A DNA stretch of 64,000 nucleotides. Source: Lingula anatina (lineage: Eukaryota > Animalia > Brachiopoda). This document shows, one piece after another, positions 1-14,300 of this stretch; within the stretch, counting starts at the first letter, position 1; each line of letters begins with the position of its first letter. The stretch covers positions 70,596,788-70,660,787 of the forward strand of contig CM120640.1 in assembly GCA_051362555.1 (NCBI GenBank). Direction: 5' to 3'. The translations under genes and the position numbers were made by a program. A model generated the notes under the pieces. It had not been told where the DNA came from, did no database searches, and saw nothing but the letters and a program-made list of their open reading frames with translations.

Positions 1-88
1 ACCCCAGAGCTTGCAGCCCAGAGTCAAAGGTTTGCCTACACAGTGGATGAAGTGCAAGGTTAGCCTCCCTCTCTCCATCCCTCCTTCC

Positions 89-185
<97 letters not shown>

Positions 186-3100
186 ATAACAGTTTACATT
201 ATTTTTCGTACAAAAGAATCACTTGAGCAACTGTCTGAATAACCTTTTTATCATTTTTGTATGTTTAGGTATGCTTGATCAAGAAGTCATGCAGTACTTG
301 GCAGCCAGACGAAATCACCGAGTGAATGCTGTAAGCTAGCCACTGTAGCTCATAGTTGCTAGTAACTTTCCTGTCAATTGTAGTTTTTATGGATTTATAT
401 TGCTCTCAAAAACAGAAAGAGATAAGTTGTGTATTATTGATTTAGAATGTCAGCTTGGATTTTTATTCAAATATTTCTGGTACTCTGATAGACCGTTATC
501 TGTTAAATCTATGGTGAAAACTCCAAGCTGTGAAAAAAAGTGATGCATCAGAGAAAAAAAAAGATCCCATTAAAACTTCTTGAAAACATTTCCCATAGTG
601 TCTATTTCAATTTGGTTATGCTTCATTCAAAATTTCGGTTTGTCTGTGGTTACTTCTGGGAATTGTTAACTGAAATGAAGTCATACAAAGACAATTGAAT
701 TACACAAGCTCATTTTATCATTAAGAAGTATCTTATGTTTGATTTTAGCCAGATATTTTGATTCTGTACTTGATAAGAATAATTGTATGAGCACTTACGT
801 TTAGTCAACTCCAATTTATTTTTCTATTCTTTAGAATGTATATTAGAAACAGAAAATGCTGCCTGTTGAAAAATGACATTTTTTGAGTGGCACTAATCGT
901 GTTATTTCAACTGTTGTAGGTATCAGTGGGGCGAAGGGGGAGGGGCCGTCAGCGCGCTGGACGCACATGGTTATCAGCCTACGGACCAAATGATGGCAAT
1001 GACTACGAGGTAGGACGGAGTCAATCTTTTCCTGTGCCTGTAAATTCTGAAACCAGCAAGTTTACTGCTCTGAGCTCTTCAGCCACATTGATTTTTTCCC
1101 TGCTTCTGTAAATGTCAATGCAGATCGTTTAACTTTGAAAGAAATGAGTTTGATCTTTTCTAGAATAAGTCATCTTCCAGCCAATATAGAATGTGAAATA
1201 GATAGTGAATGAGAAACAAACATATTGGTTAAAAGCTTTCCTTACGCTGGAAAAAGGCTCTCTTTAAGTGTCAGTATGGCTGAAGAGATTTGAGTAGTTT
1301 ACAAGTACAGGTTTGTGACCAGACATGTTAAAACACTGCGTATTTGATAACAGGGCACACACTTGACCCATTGTTAAACATTAAAGATAAAGATGCAAAA
1401 ATCCTCGCAGTGTGACAGTCCCTGTGAAAGAAGTAGCAGAAGAAGGGGGTGATATTGAACCACCAATGTTTACAGGGAAAATCCTCCCATAGGGGTCTTG
1501 GGGGTGGTTTTGAGTTAAATGGGACCTTTTCCATGTCTTGCATCTTCTGGATACCAGGGGTCACCTAAGCTGTATTTCTATTTCATATACAAATGGCATT
1601 CGTTTTGTATTTCAATCAAAACAAGTTGTAGCAGGCTAGATGATTAATCAGTTGTGATGGAAATATTTGTTTGTTTTACAACCTAATTGATAGGGCCTGG
1701 ATAGGACAGATATTCTGCCAGTTGATTATTGCTTATTATTGCGAACAGACCATGTTAATTTAGTGGCCTACATTTTAAGCCATTATTGAAGCAGGTCAAC
1801 TAGAATACTGGAAGTAAATGGCAAGTCACTGATCTATGATCAAGTCAACTTTCATCAGTTTGATTTGATTGATGTACAACATTGTCATCTGCTCTTCATA
1901 TACAATCACTGCAGTTAAACTCATATTTGTGTATAAAAGTGCATTATCAAAGGGTGTTTATCAGTTTATATTTGCCCTACATTTTTATTTGTTTGAGCTT
2001 GATCTCTTTTAAGCAGTGAACAGTGTTTGAGCTTGATTTCTTTTGGGCAGTGAACAGAACAGCGCTTTTAAAATCTATTTCCTGATCAGTAGTACTAGTA
2101 AATGAAGGCTGAAGTTATTGTCCAGCAAGTAGAAGAAAGCTGTTTAGGATGAATGCCAGGGGGAAATTTCACTCAGTTTGTTCCTGTGGTTTGGTATTAC
2201 TCTAGTTCGTCCCATGTAGTACATAAAGCCCCTGGGGTTCTTTTTACTTCAGGAAGGCAGGTATGATTGATGTCAATGGAAATGGCTGTCAGGCAAATCT
2301 AATTGTCATTTGATAGATACTTTTTCACTTTTCTGCAGAAGGTATTGTTTTCTCTATACAAATATCTTGGCAGATTATTGGACAGGAAATATAGCTGCAA
2401 AAATTGGTTCACCTAGAGGGCCGCCACACGCTATCAGCTGAACAGATGATTAGAAAAGATCATGCTTAGAGAACCAGCCCTGAATACTCAGATCAGCTGA
2501 AAACCAATTTAATTTCCGTTAAGTGAATATTGAATATGACTGTTGAAGGGTGTTTTTCATAACCCTCTGAACAGCTTTAATTAGTAATAAAGTTATTGAG
2601 AGCAGCCCATTGTCCTCCCTATATACTCTAAGAACAGCTAAATCACTCGTCAATGTTTTCACAAATATTCGATCACAAAACTTGATTTTTCGTGTCTTTC
2701 ATATTTGCGCTGTGCTGCAAGCATCAGATAGGTCCTTTTTATTTTTTGACATGTCTCACGCCTGTTTGGCTGGTGAGTAAATCAATCAATTAAACAAACA
2801 CGAAAGTTACTTTTTCCTCAGAAGTATAATGTTGTTGTAATCAAATTACTGCCTAGAGTAAAAAGCTCTGATGTGGCATGAAACAAGCAATAACATGTCT
2901 TTTAATTTCACAACCATTTCATGATTAATTATCATTGTATAGCAAGAGCTAATGTCCTGAGATTTATTTGCAGAGAATCAGAAAAAAAAGTCATTATAAT
3001 TGATATGCTTAGATTAATGTGATTTATGTTGCCTTGAAATGAAGACAGGAGAATTGTGTGGCCTTTGAACCCTCAGTCTTATCACTGAAGTCAAGTCTCC

Positions 3101-5586
3101 TCATTGTACTAAACTTTTTGTTTATTTATTATCATTATTATTTATTGTGTTGTTTTATTTTCCTTACTTGATTCATTAAATTGCCTTCAGTGATGCATGC
3201 AGATAACCAAATTGCTGCATCTCTTCATTTATTCAGCATTAAATTGATTTTTGGTTCGTGTGGTGCAGTTTTGTCATAAATGCTTACATGTTTGTACTAT
3301 GTATGTTGTCTTATTGTGGTTTAAATGCAGGATAGATAGGATCAGGAACTTGATAAATTACAACAATATAGCTGTGCACAGAACACCATGAAATATGTTT
3401 ATGTAATTATGTTGTGTTGCTTAATTGCCAAGCATTTCTCACTGTGAAGCAGAAGGAATTATTATTTCAACTGGCTTATGACAGAACTGGGAAATGAATT
3501 ACTAGTAATTTGATTTCACTGCCATGAGACCACCCACAGTTTGATCACCATCTTAAATTTTAAGATGCCTGTATTTGTTGGAACATTTTAATCCTTAAAG
3601 GGATAATAACTCTTCGTTTTGGCCAAAAAAATGAATTTTCCTGGAGTAAATAACAATATTCCCATACTTACCAATGGTTGATGAATCCATTTTTACATTC
3701 AAAGTTAGTCCCTGTTTTTTTTTCTAAAAAGTTTGTTTTTTTTGGGGTTTTTTTTGTTATAATCTCTTAAGAGATTATAACAGAGTATAGCCATCAATGG
3801 AGGTCACGTGGTTTAAAGACAATCTCAGATATCAGAATAATAGCTATAACTGTCGTTTTTGTGGTAAAACAGAATATATTATATTTCTACGAGTTGTTCA
3901 CAATGTTTTTATTGTGAAATATAGATCTCATACGAAGAGTTATTATCCCTTTAAACAAAGTAATGAGTGCATTTTAACAGCCATGACATCTGTAAAATAA
4001 TATTAAACTGATTTCCTTAAGCTTTGAGAATAAACTATGGAGGAAGGGTGGAGGGTTTTAGGTAGGGTGACATAGATTGTATTTGGTATACTGTAGCTAT
4101 ACAGTGTCTATTTGTAAACTGTTGTCATGGTAAGTTGTCTAGGGGCAATGGTAGCACCCTGTGAAAACATCTTCTTATCCAAACTTACACTTGTATTATC
4201 AGCATGTGTGGTTACTTCATGTGTGGGGTATTATTAAGAAATCATGGATGCAGTGCTGTTACTTTATTGAAAATTATTATCCCAACCACTCTTACACCAC
4301 AATCTTTCAATTCAAAACTTACCACAGGAGTGGCAGTGGCACCTGGGGGCCATGAGATGTGATAGTTATCTTGGCTAGATTATTGTGAGTTTTCTTTTTC
4401 AGAATAAAGGTGAGAAAAAGATAATTCTGATGACACAAAAGCACCAGTGTAACCCAGGCATAAAGCTAGGACTAGTATATGTCATATGTGATTGATGGGA
4501 GCCCACATTTCCTAGATAAAAAATGATTAGTTTTTATGCACTCTACTCCTATTTTTTGACTTTTTTTTAATATGGTCTGGCCAATATTGTAAAGTTTATT
4601 ATGTAGATTTTTATACATGAAGACTGATAACCTGGGTAGTAAATAATACTGTTTGTCTCACATGAAATATGCTTATTAAATAATAAAATGGAGTATAGAC
4701 TACAGATTTAGAGTTGTACAGAGGTAGACAATATAATAATTCTCAAGCCATTAGTGGTATGTCAACTACTATAATAACATGTCTGTGTTGGTGTACTCAG
4801 ATAACTTTACAATGTGAAGGACTCAGAAAAAAATATAAATCAAGATTCACAGGTTACAAACTTGGCGTGCATTTTAATCCTGGTGTCATTTGATCTTAAC
4901 ACATTTTGCGTCAAAACTAAGTATTATTATTGTTATGTAACAAGTCATGTGATGTGAGTGTGGGGCAGATTATGTGGATGCAGCATTGCATAAGAACCAT
5001 ATACTGCTTAATGGGCAAAAGAAACATTTTCAATCAACCATGTTCCAACATCATAATATTTACTCTAAAACATAGTGATTATAATTATAACAGAGCATAA
5101 ATTGGGGATAACTAAGATTTGGTCCAAAATACCATCATCCAGTTTTGTCCACGAGAAACAAGTGACCATTACCATACTCCTCATACAATATTTATATAAA
5201 CACCTGTGGCCTCATGTTACCAATGCTTTATCCAGCTTGGACCTGCGTGATTTAAGGAATAGTTGGTGTATTTGCAATCAACTTTGAAAAAAATTGGAAA
5301 TTGAAATTTTGAAATTTAACACAAAATCTTAATTATAAATTTTTTCTTTGGCTTTAATTTGTTTTGTATATGTCACTATTTTTTTTAAAGGGAGAATTAA
5401 CAATAGTTTTTGATTTATGGAAAGGGGAGAGGGAATATTTCTATGTTTGGGTGAAGAAAACCTGGCACACAGTGAGGAGGAATACCCTTGTAAGTGATAT
5501 TTCTTAAATCAGTAGCAGTTCAAATTGTTTTTAAACACTTTCATTTTAGAAACAAACTATTTACTTTGCTACAATTGAACTGATAT

Positions 5587-5621
<35 letters not shown>

Positions 5622-8241
5622 TTATTTTGTTTTGCAGGTAAGCACCCTTTCAGTTCTAGATAGAAATGATGATGACATTTTCTCTGAACATGTGGCATGA
5701 CATAAGTTATGTTAACCTGTTGATCTCAGGTGTATTCTTATTATTATTTCATGACAGCTTCATGCAGTATTTAGAAGAACACATGTTTAACTTGACTCAT
5801 TTATTGTCTTGATGCCTAAGTTGAATTATACATCATTTCAACAAATATTTCCGTTGCACAGCATTTATACAAATTGAAATTTAGATAGGTATTTATTGGG
5901 TGGAGTAAAAAAAATACACCAAAATTGAGGTTTTGATTCTTCAGAAGACACTATAACTCAAAGAAAAATTTTCTGAACACTTCTAAAAGGTATTTCCTCA
6001 TTACTGCAGAGAACTATTTCCAGTCATTAGTTATTGGAATGTTTCTATGATGTTCAATAAATCTTTGTCCAAAAATATACTACTAGACTAGCGGGAATAC
6101 ATTTCTTTTTTGTCGTATGACCTCTGCCACACTGTGTGTGTGTGTGTGTGTGTGTGTGTGCCACTTATTTCATTTGTGTATCTGTGTGCTTCTGTGTGTG
6201 TGCTGTTATGTGCGTGTGTGTGCCCACATCTGAAAGATGGGCCTTTTCTATGTGATTAGCATCCATGTCTTAGCCCATGGGATTATCATCCTTGGAATGT
6301 TAACTCATCCATCTCTTTAATTCAAACACCTCTGGTGTCTGCAATATATGGCCTATCTTACTTGTTATGACTAGAAGATGTTCTTTTTATCCTACGGATA
6401 CAGACTGACATGAGCTGGAAGAAGGCTTAATCTCAGCTGCCCATTTTTCAACCATCGTTTTTGTATAAAATGCAAAAGATTGTTTTGAAAGCCATCAAGG
6501 CAGAGTTTTTATGCACCAGAGAAAATAACAAGAAGATACACTGAATGAAATTTCAATGAATCATTGTGAACAGTATTTGAGGAATTTTGACTTGGGCTGT
6601 GGTGCACTTTTTTTTTAATAAAGCATTCTGCTGCAGTATGTGGTATACATGCAGTATCAGAGTGAATATTTACAAACATTCTTCATTATTCCTCTATGTT
6701 TATGCACTACAAAACCACTATTTGTCTGCATTCATTTATTCAATTATTCACTTCATACATCTCAGTCCTTGTCATAATAATCATAATTAGTGATCTGCTT
6801 TGCAGACATGATTATAATTCTACCAGGGAATACTAGCATCTTAGTACTGGCATTAGTGCAAGAAATCCTGGCAGTTCATGTAGTATTGAGTCTTATCTCA
6901 GAATGGAGAGCAAAGAGATTTCATAAACCTGTCAATACTATTCACTAGAGCACATTGTAACCATCCCGTGAGAGATTTTGCCTTATATTCTGAAAACTTA
7001 AACAGAGAATCAAGTTATTTATAAATTTGGCAAAAGTGTGTATTTTCTGTCTATAATTACCAGTTATTTAAGGAGCTGAAGGGCTATGTGGGATGAGTTA
7101 GTTGCCTGACATCAGCTCAAAGTTTCCATTCTACATGTTGTGTGTGATGTGCTTTGCTAAAGTTAATGATTAGTCAGCTTGAAAATAATGATGACTGACA
7201 CTCCATTCTACTCCAGTGGCTCTCTCATATTACAGGAATTACTGGATTTGGCTGAGAGACTGGGAGATGTGAAGAAGCGAGGGCTGTCAACTGAAGAAAT
7301 ATCCTGCCTACCAACAAAATCTTATTCTAAAACAGACGAGGTGGAGCAGAGAGAATGCCACATATGCATGTGTGACTATACTGACGGGGAGAACCTGAGA
7401 ATTCTGACCTGTTTCCACGAATTCCACGCACCCTGTATTGACAGGTGGATCAAGGTGAGCTGTTGTCCTGGTTAACTCGATCATGGTGACATGCTGGTTG
7501 ACTGTGCCAGAAATAAGATGCAAATTTTGATAACTAGATTTTTAAATATCATAGGGTTCGTGGTTGCATGTTGCGACTGTTAGTGCTAAATACTCTGTGG
7601 AAATGTGGTTTGTAGCGTGACTTTCCAGGTAAGATATGTGAATATCAGTTTACTCAGTAATCAGGTGTGTTGAAATGTCCTGTGATGTTAAGTACAAAGT
7701 AATGTTGTGTAATGTTAACTGTGTGTTCATGCTTAATTGGGTGTACACGCCATTGGTATTAGTCTGCTGGATTAACAGGCGTGTCACCAGCACAGGTGGT
7801 ATGATACTCCATTGATGAAGTGTGCCGCTGATATCAGTTCTGTCTTAACTTTCTCCACAGTACACATCTTCAGCTGACACTGAGGAGATTCTCACAAGTG
7901 ACTTTTTAGCATAATGGGTTAACATCAGACCCTTGATATTTCCATTTAGTCTCCTTTGCCAATCATAAAATAAAGCTGTACTTTTGCATTATGCATATTT
8001 ATTTGGTTGTCTCCTACAGTTATCAGTTTTTGAATAATTTCTATGATGCATTATACATTAATTTGTACTTATTCAAATGGATATGCTTTGCTCAATTTGG
8101 TGACATTTAAAAAAGGTGTTTAGTTAACTTTTGAATTATAAAGATATTGAGGATATAAATAGCATATAGGCAATGTGCAGATTTCAATCTGCTACTGTGT
8201 CACATCATAAAATAAAAAAATTTAATCTTAGTATATTTGCA

Positions 8242-8319
<78 letters not shown>

Positions 8320-11300
8320 TTTTTTTTCCCCTCTCTGACTCTCCCTCCATTCCTAGAGCCTGTACCCTTGGGTATATCCAAATACCACTTAATTCTTAAC
8401 TTAGCACTTTTGCCTTTTCTGAAAGTTCAGTTAATTGAATAAGGTCTGTGGTCTGTATTTCCATAGCTCCTTGAAATCCCAGACATAATCTAGCTAGCAA
8501 ATTGATATTGGGATGCTGCTTTCTCATTTATGAAATGGAGTTCAAATTGAAATGATTTCTGCAGATATTGTGAACAATTGAATTGTCTGCTGCACATAGA
8601 CAGCACTGTTGAACTGGTATTTACACACAATGCAACAGGAAATATTTGTAAACTTCTTTTTTATGGATTGTAAATAATGTATAAATGAACCGATTTACTC
8701 TTTGACGTGAGTTCAGGATGTTCACTACACGCCAACGGCTCAGGTAAAAGAGACTTTCTTTATATGTATATTTTTTATATAGTTATACATTATACAGTAT
8801 AAAGTCCTCTTAGAAACAGATATAACAGATGCTGAAGAAATGTAAAACAAGCATGCCCAGACCTTTATTCAGATATTTATGTAGTTTCTTCAAAAAGTGT
8901 GGTTTCAATTTTAGTGGTATTTTTTGAGTCTTTTCAAGGAATAATTTGGTCTGAGTGGACTGCTGCAGGAGCTTGTATTGGATGCAGTATACCCACATTT
9001 AAAACAGATGTCATGAATGTACTGCTATTCTTTGAAATTTTTTATTGTGCGGCAGAGGTCAGCTGGGTCTCAAAGATGAACCGATACCCTTGAACTCACT
9101 TCATTTAGATTCATGGTTCTTGTAATGAGTTCCTGAGGGTTCATTTGGACTTATTCCCTTATTTGATAGAGCTCAAGTGTTGAACACAGGGAAGCACTAA
9201 AGTACTAGCACACTGCTTTGAAAATTGATTTATTGCCAATTTAATACATTTCCCTAATCATTTTGAAGGGTAACCTTCATGTTTGACTGAGCCCAGAGAA
9301 CATGGATGATTTAGATTTAGATTGGGGAAAAACTAATATCATGATAGTTTCACCTTTTGTCCTTAGTTATATCACCACATATCTTTGTATAAAGAGGATA
9401 CACCATGAGCTTTGAAATGAATTGAGTAGAGATCGTAGAAAATATGAATGTCTCTTAGTGCTCATTCCCAATAAAACTATCATTCTACATGGATCAATCC
9501 AACTCTGCAGGGACTCTTGCTGAATGCAGTCAAATTAACAGATTAACATGCCTCCTCCTAGTGTTGAGTAGAGTACAGAAAAAGCTGCTGATTATATCTT
9601 AGTTCAGAAAGAGTCCCTCGGACTTGGATTGATCTACGTGGAATGATAGCTTCTTGGGAATGAGCCTTTGAGACTTTCAACCTTATCTCACATATAGACG
9701 TACAGTGCGACATACAGCTCGTAGCTTGTAATAAACTTGTGAAGTGTTGCAGGTCTCATCCCCTCTGTCCTTAGTGATAGCACTGGGGAGATGAAGACCA
9801 TTCTCTGCCTACTGAAACTTGCAGGAGATCACACATTACCAGCCAGTGGAGGAGCTGATATAAGATACAGGAAGATGAAACATGATGTACTTATCATTTA
9901 AAAAACTTATCTGTCCTATAAAGGAGGTTTGATACATGGTTACTACTCAGCTGCTTGGGTGGGTGGTGATGTTTACAGGGTTTCTATTTGTGTTAATAGA
10001 GGATGTGGACCATAATATAATGTCAGTGTAAACAGAAGTGACTGTGCTTTATAGGATTTTAGTATCTTCAGGTTACATATATAATAACATTAGCTAAAAT
10101 CAGCTTAAAATTGCCTTTATTCAGTTTGGATTGCTATAATATTATCATAGTATATTCATGGACTTTTTTTAGCTTCAGATAAACTATGGTGATTTTGCTG
10201 ATGACGTCAAAGCAGCGGTTTGGTGGTGAAAATGTTATTTTCAGTTTATTAATTTTCTGGGCTCATATCAGGGAAATTATAATGGCTAATAAGAGCTGTT
10301 CGTGAGCACTACAGAGGGGTGCAACCAACTTTCCCACAATCACTTTGTTTAGATTTTATCACTAATGATGTGAAATTATGCTAATTTTCACTGGACCTTT
10401 ATAAACGAGACCATCTAACATTGATTTTAAAGATCTTATCAACAATCTATAGCACCCTACTTTTTCAACAACCACACCCAGTTTTGCTGATTTATCTGCA
10501 ACGGTTACAGAGGCATCCCCCAAAACTGATTGCTTTCAATACCCAATTAAGATTGATTGTTTCCAGGCAGGCTCACAGGTAAAAATGGCACCCGAAAACA
10601 ATACTAAATCTGCCTGTCATTGATATTTTGATCAGCAGTCCCTTAGTATATGGTGGTGATAGGTAACCCAATAACATAGCTTAAGTAAAGAGAACTCTTG
10701 GATTTTGTGTATTATTCTGCACTTCAAAGCAAACTACCCTATATTTCAGGGTTCATTTCCTTAAACAGATAGTTTGTTTCAGTCCATCAGTTCAGTCAAT
10801 GTATTATTCATCTTATGATTTAATACACATTTTTACACTTATGATATTGCTTTCAGCTGAAGCCTGTAAAAAACAGCTCTTCTGCAGGATATAAAGGTAT
10901 TCGTTTGCTCCTTGTATTCAGGCTGTAAAAGCTAAGAGTTAGGTAGTTTGTCCCTACAGCCTGACCAGATGTAGTCACCTGTTGACATCATCATTTCCCC
11001 CCAGGAGTCACATGGGTCATAGTGTAGCCTGGGAAAAGGTACGTAGAGACCAAATTGTTGAGAAGATCCAATCTGTTCTTCATTGGTCTTTTATTGTCCA
11101 CACATTTTGTGGTGCATTCTTAATATCAGTAGGTCTTTGATCATTACTATATGAATGGCCAAGTCATGAACCAAGAATATTTTGGACCATGTGGTTTTCT
11201 AAATTGTTATCCATTGGGAACATATAAACTTGCATATTTCATTTTTTTTTTTTTTTTTATGTAAAGTGATAACAAGATGTTAATGAAGTAATGACATTTA

Positions 11301-14300
11301 AACATTAATCTCTGACTGTTTATTTACATGACAAAAAATTAGTAATAAAGATTATTCTCTGCAGCATGTAGTCCGTTATTTTGCAGTCTTTTGGGCAATA
11401 AATTAGGCCACCAGTTTGACTGAAAATAAAGATTTAAACAAGTTAGGAGGAATTCATGCAAAGAAAATTGTTTAAACTAATGCCAAGCAAATGATTTTTT
11501 TGTCTTAAAAGATTAATGTGCTAATGATAATTATAATAATGATAATCCCACTAAGTTATCAAGAGTCATGACTATAATAGTTGATATTTTGTAGTGCAAC
11601 AGATCTTTTGACAGTTTTTATTTTGATCTATGTATGTGTTGGGGGGGGAGGGATTCAAACTGAAAGACACAAGGATTCTCCATAAGCAGTACATCAACTT
11701 AAGATATCTCACAAAATTCAAGTGAAAATGTATATTTTCAGAAGAAGATTAAAATTGCATTGTGAAATCTGGTTTATAAGAGCTCTGTGCCAATCTCCAG
11801 ACAGAACCAGATGATGAGGATGTTCTAATAGTGTTATGTAATTGACCAGTTGACACAAGCTGAGCACCTACATTCGTATTACCTCACCTTGGTTAAATGG
11901 TCCTCTGTTGTGGAAACTTTTATGGCACACTATGTGTGGAATTGGTATCCAGGGTATTTCAGTCCAACGCCACACGTATTATGCCCTAGCTATCAGCCCA
12001 CTTGGAAGTGATATGACATAAACACTGGAACAGTCAGTTACAAAATACTTGTCATAGCTTACGCATTCAGCTGAAGTTTTTTTTCTATAATTTTACAAGA
12101 AATTGTGGTGAAGGAATATGAAGTAGATTTTATTACTTGGAATGGTGACTTCTTGGTCATTAAAGGGATAACTCATTTTGGTGGGAAAAGTTGCATAGAC
12201 CAGACTTTCCTGGGGTAAACAACAATTTTGCCATGGTTTCCTGGTTCTGCTCAGACATTCAAAATTAGTCCATTGTTTTTTTTTTCTTTTTTAAGTGTCT
12301 TTTTTTTAATATTCTCTTCAGAGATTATTATGGAGGGGTAGCCATCTTTGAATGTCCATGTGATCAGATAGCAAGCATAGATTTCAGAATAATTGCGATA
12401 ACTGCCATTTGAGTCGTAAAATGGAATTCATTATATTTAAAAATGTTTTTCACTATGTATTATTGATATGAAATTCTTATAAAGAGTTGTTTTCCATTTA
12501 ATATTATGACCTCCTTAGGGTCAACAGTGATCCAAACATTGCAAAATTTTTAAAATGGCCACAGTTAGTTAAAAAAAATATTCAGGGCTTTTATGAAAAA
12601 AAAATTGACATTAAAAAAAAAGAAGATGAACATCTAAAGTTTGAAATTTGTACTTTTATCCAAGTGCTCATTACAGATTCTGGTGCTTTTTGAATTTGAG
12701 AAGCATGAATATATGTCAACATTTGAGTGTCATTTTACCATTGGGACTGTAATTTGCTGATCAGTGGCTGCTGCTCAGAGTCCCACTTCAAAAAACCTGC
12801 TGACCTCCTCAACCTTTGCAGCTCTTGAATTTCAATCAATATGCCAGGGGTTGATTGATGGCAATCCAGCAAGATGGCACAGCAGATTTCTACACAGGTA
12901 CCTACTTCCATATGCTTTTGAGTTTTGGGAGAAAGCTTTATTGTTTGACTGTCTGACGTTTTAGTTTAAGAAACAAGGGTACCTGCTTCGTCTTTGGTCA
13001 AGGAAGAGTGAATGGAGGCAATGACAAGAGTGAGATGATCAGCATCTAGTTTACTTCTTGTGCTTTAAGTTCTGTGGATTACTTCTGTAAAGAAGTGAAG
13101 ATGTGAAGCACAATTGGTTGTGTGTGTATAAATGGCGTTCAGTAAATGCTTTTTACAATGTCCTTTTTAGAGGCAGTTCTTGTCTAAGATTATAGCTGGT
13201 ACTTCTGTCAATGGATGTCCACACATTTTGTCCTGGACACAAGGTACAATATCTATATAGGACATGTAATATTATATTGGAGAATGATATTTTGTATCAT
13301 TTTTTTGTCCATGTGGTAGAAGGGCTAATATAATAATTGATGTTTGTTGACAACCTATGATGCAGCTTTATTTTTGTTGGGTGTCATGTGCCTGTCACCC
13401 AGGAGTGGCTTTTTGTGATATGTGGGTGGAAATATAATATTATGTCATTAAACTGCAGTCAAATGAGTTGGGAACACAGAATATCTCCCAACTGTTATTA
13501 ACGTAGAATTGTACATTGATGATGTTTGTGTTTGACCATACCCCCATAAGTAGCAATCCAGTTTTTTCATTCCCAGAAATAATTGCCTTTCCACATATTT
13601 TCTTGGGTTGATATTCTTGTAAACTCTGCGGGGACTTGCACCATTTATTCACTGACCTTGGTTATTTTCCAGTTGAATTTCACTCAATATCCAGGTCCTG
13701 AACACAAGACACACTTCAATGGTTCTACCTCCATTGTGCTAACTAAATTATGATGTAGAGTTGGAGAGATAAAACCGTGCAGGAACAAGGTTGCTGGCAG
13801 TTGTATTTATAGATATTTAAGGATTGAGATAGAATTGAGCATTCTTCGTGCTCATTAACGGTTCATTGACATTTCATCCTGGTTCTGTTCAAGAAGAATG
13901 GCTGATTACTGCTGTGTGTCTGTGTGGAGCCCACATTGTCATACTTGCTGAAAATGAACAATTACAGCAGCAGCAGATTTGATCTAGTAAGAGGTTGTCA
14001 TGGCACCAGCACTGTTAATAATGGCTTAAATAGTAGCCCTAGAGCTCCTGGCAATATGAAAGACAGAAAGATACAGTACCATTGCCAGAAAAATGATAAG
14101 AATTGAGATCATTATCAATTCCCAGGTGCATTCTTTTCAATCACTCCAAACAAAGGTGGCCATGTTCCAAATATAACAATACAAATGGTCATTATTAGAT
14201 AATGGATTACTCTTATTACTGGTAGCTCTCAAAGATGTTACATAGATATGCTATAATGTGTAAGGAAAATTGAATTGTAGGTTTTCATGGTTGTACAATT

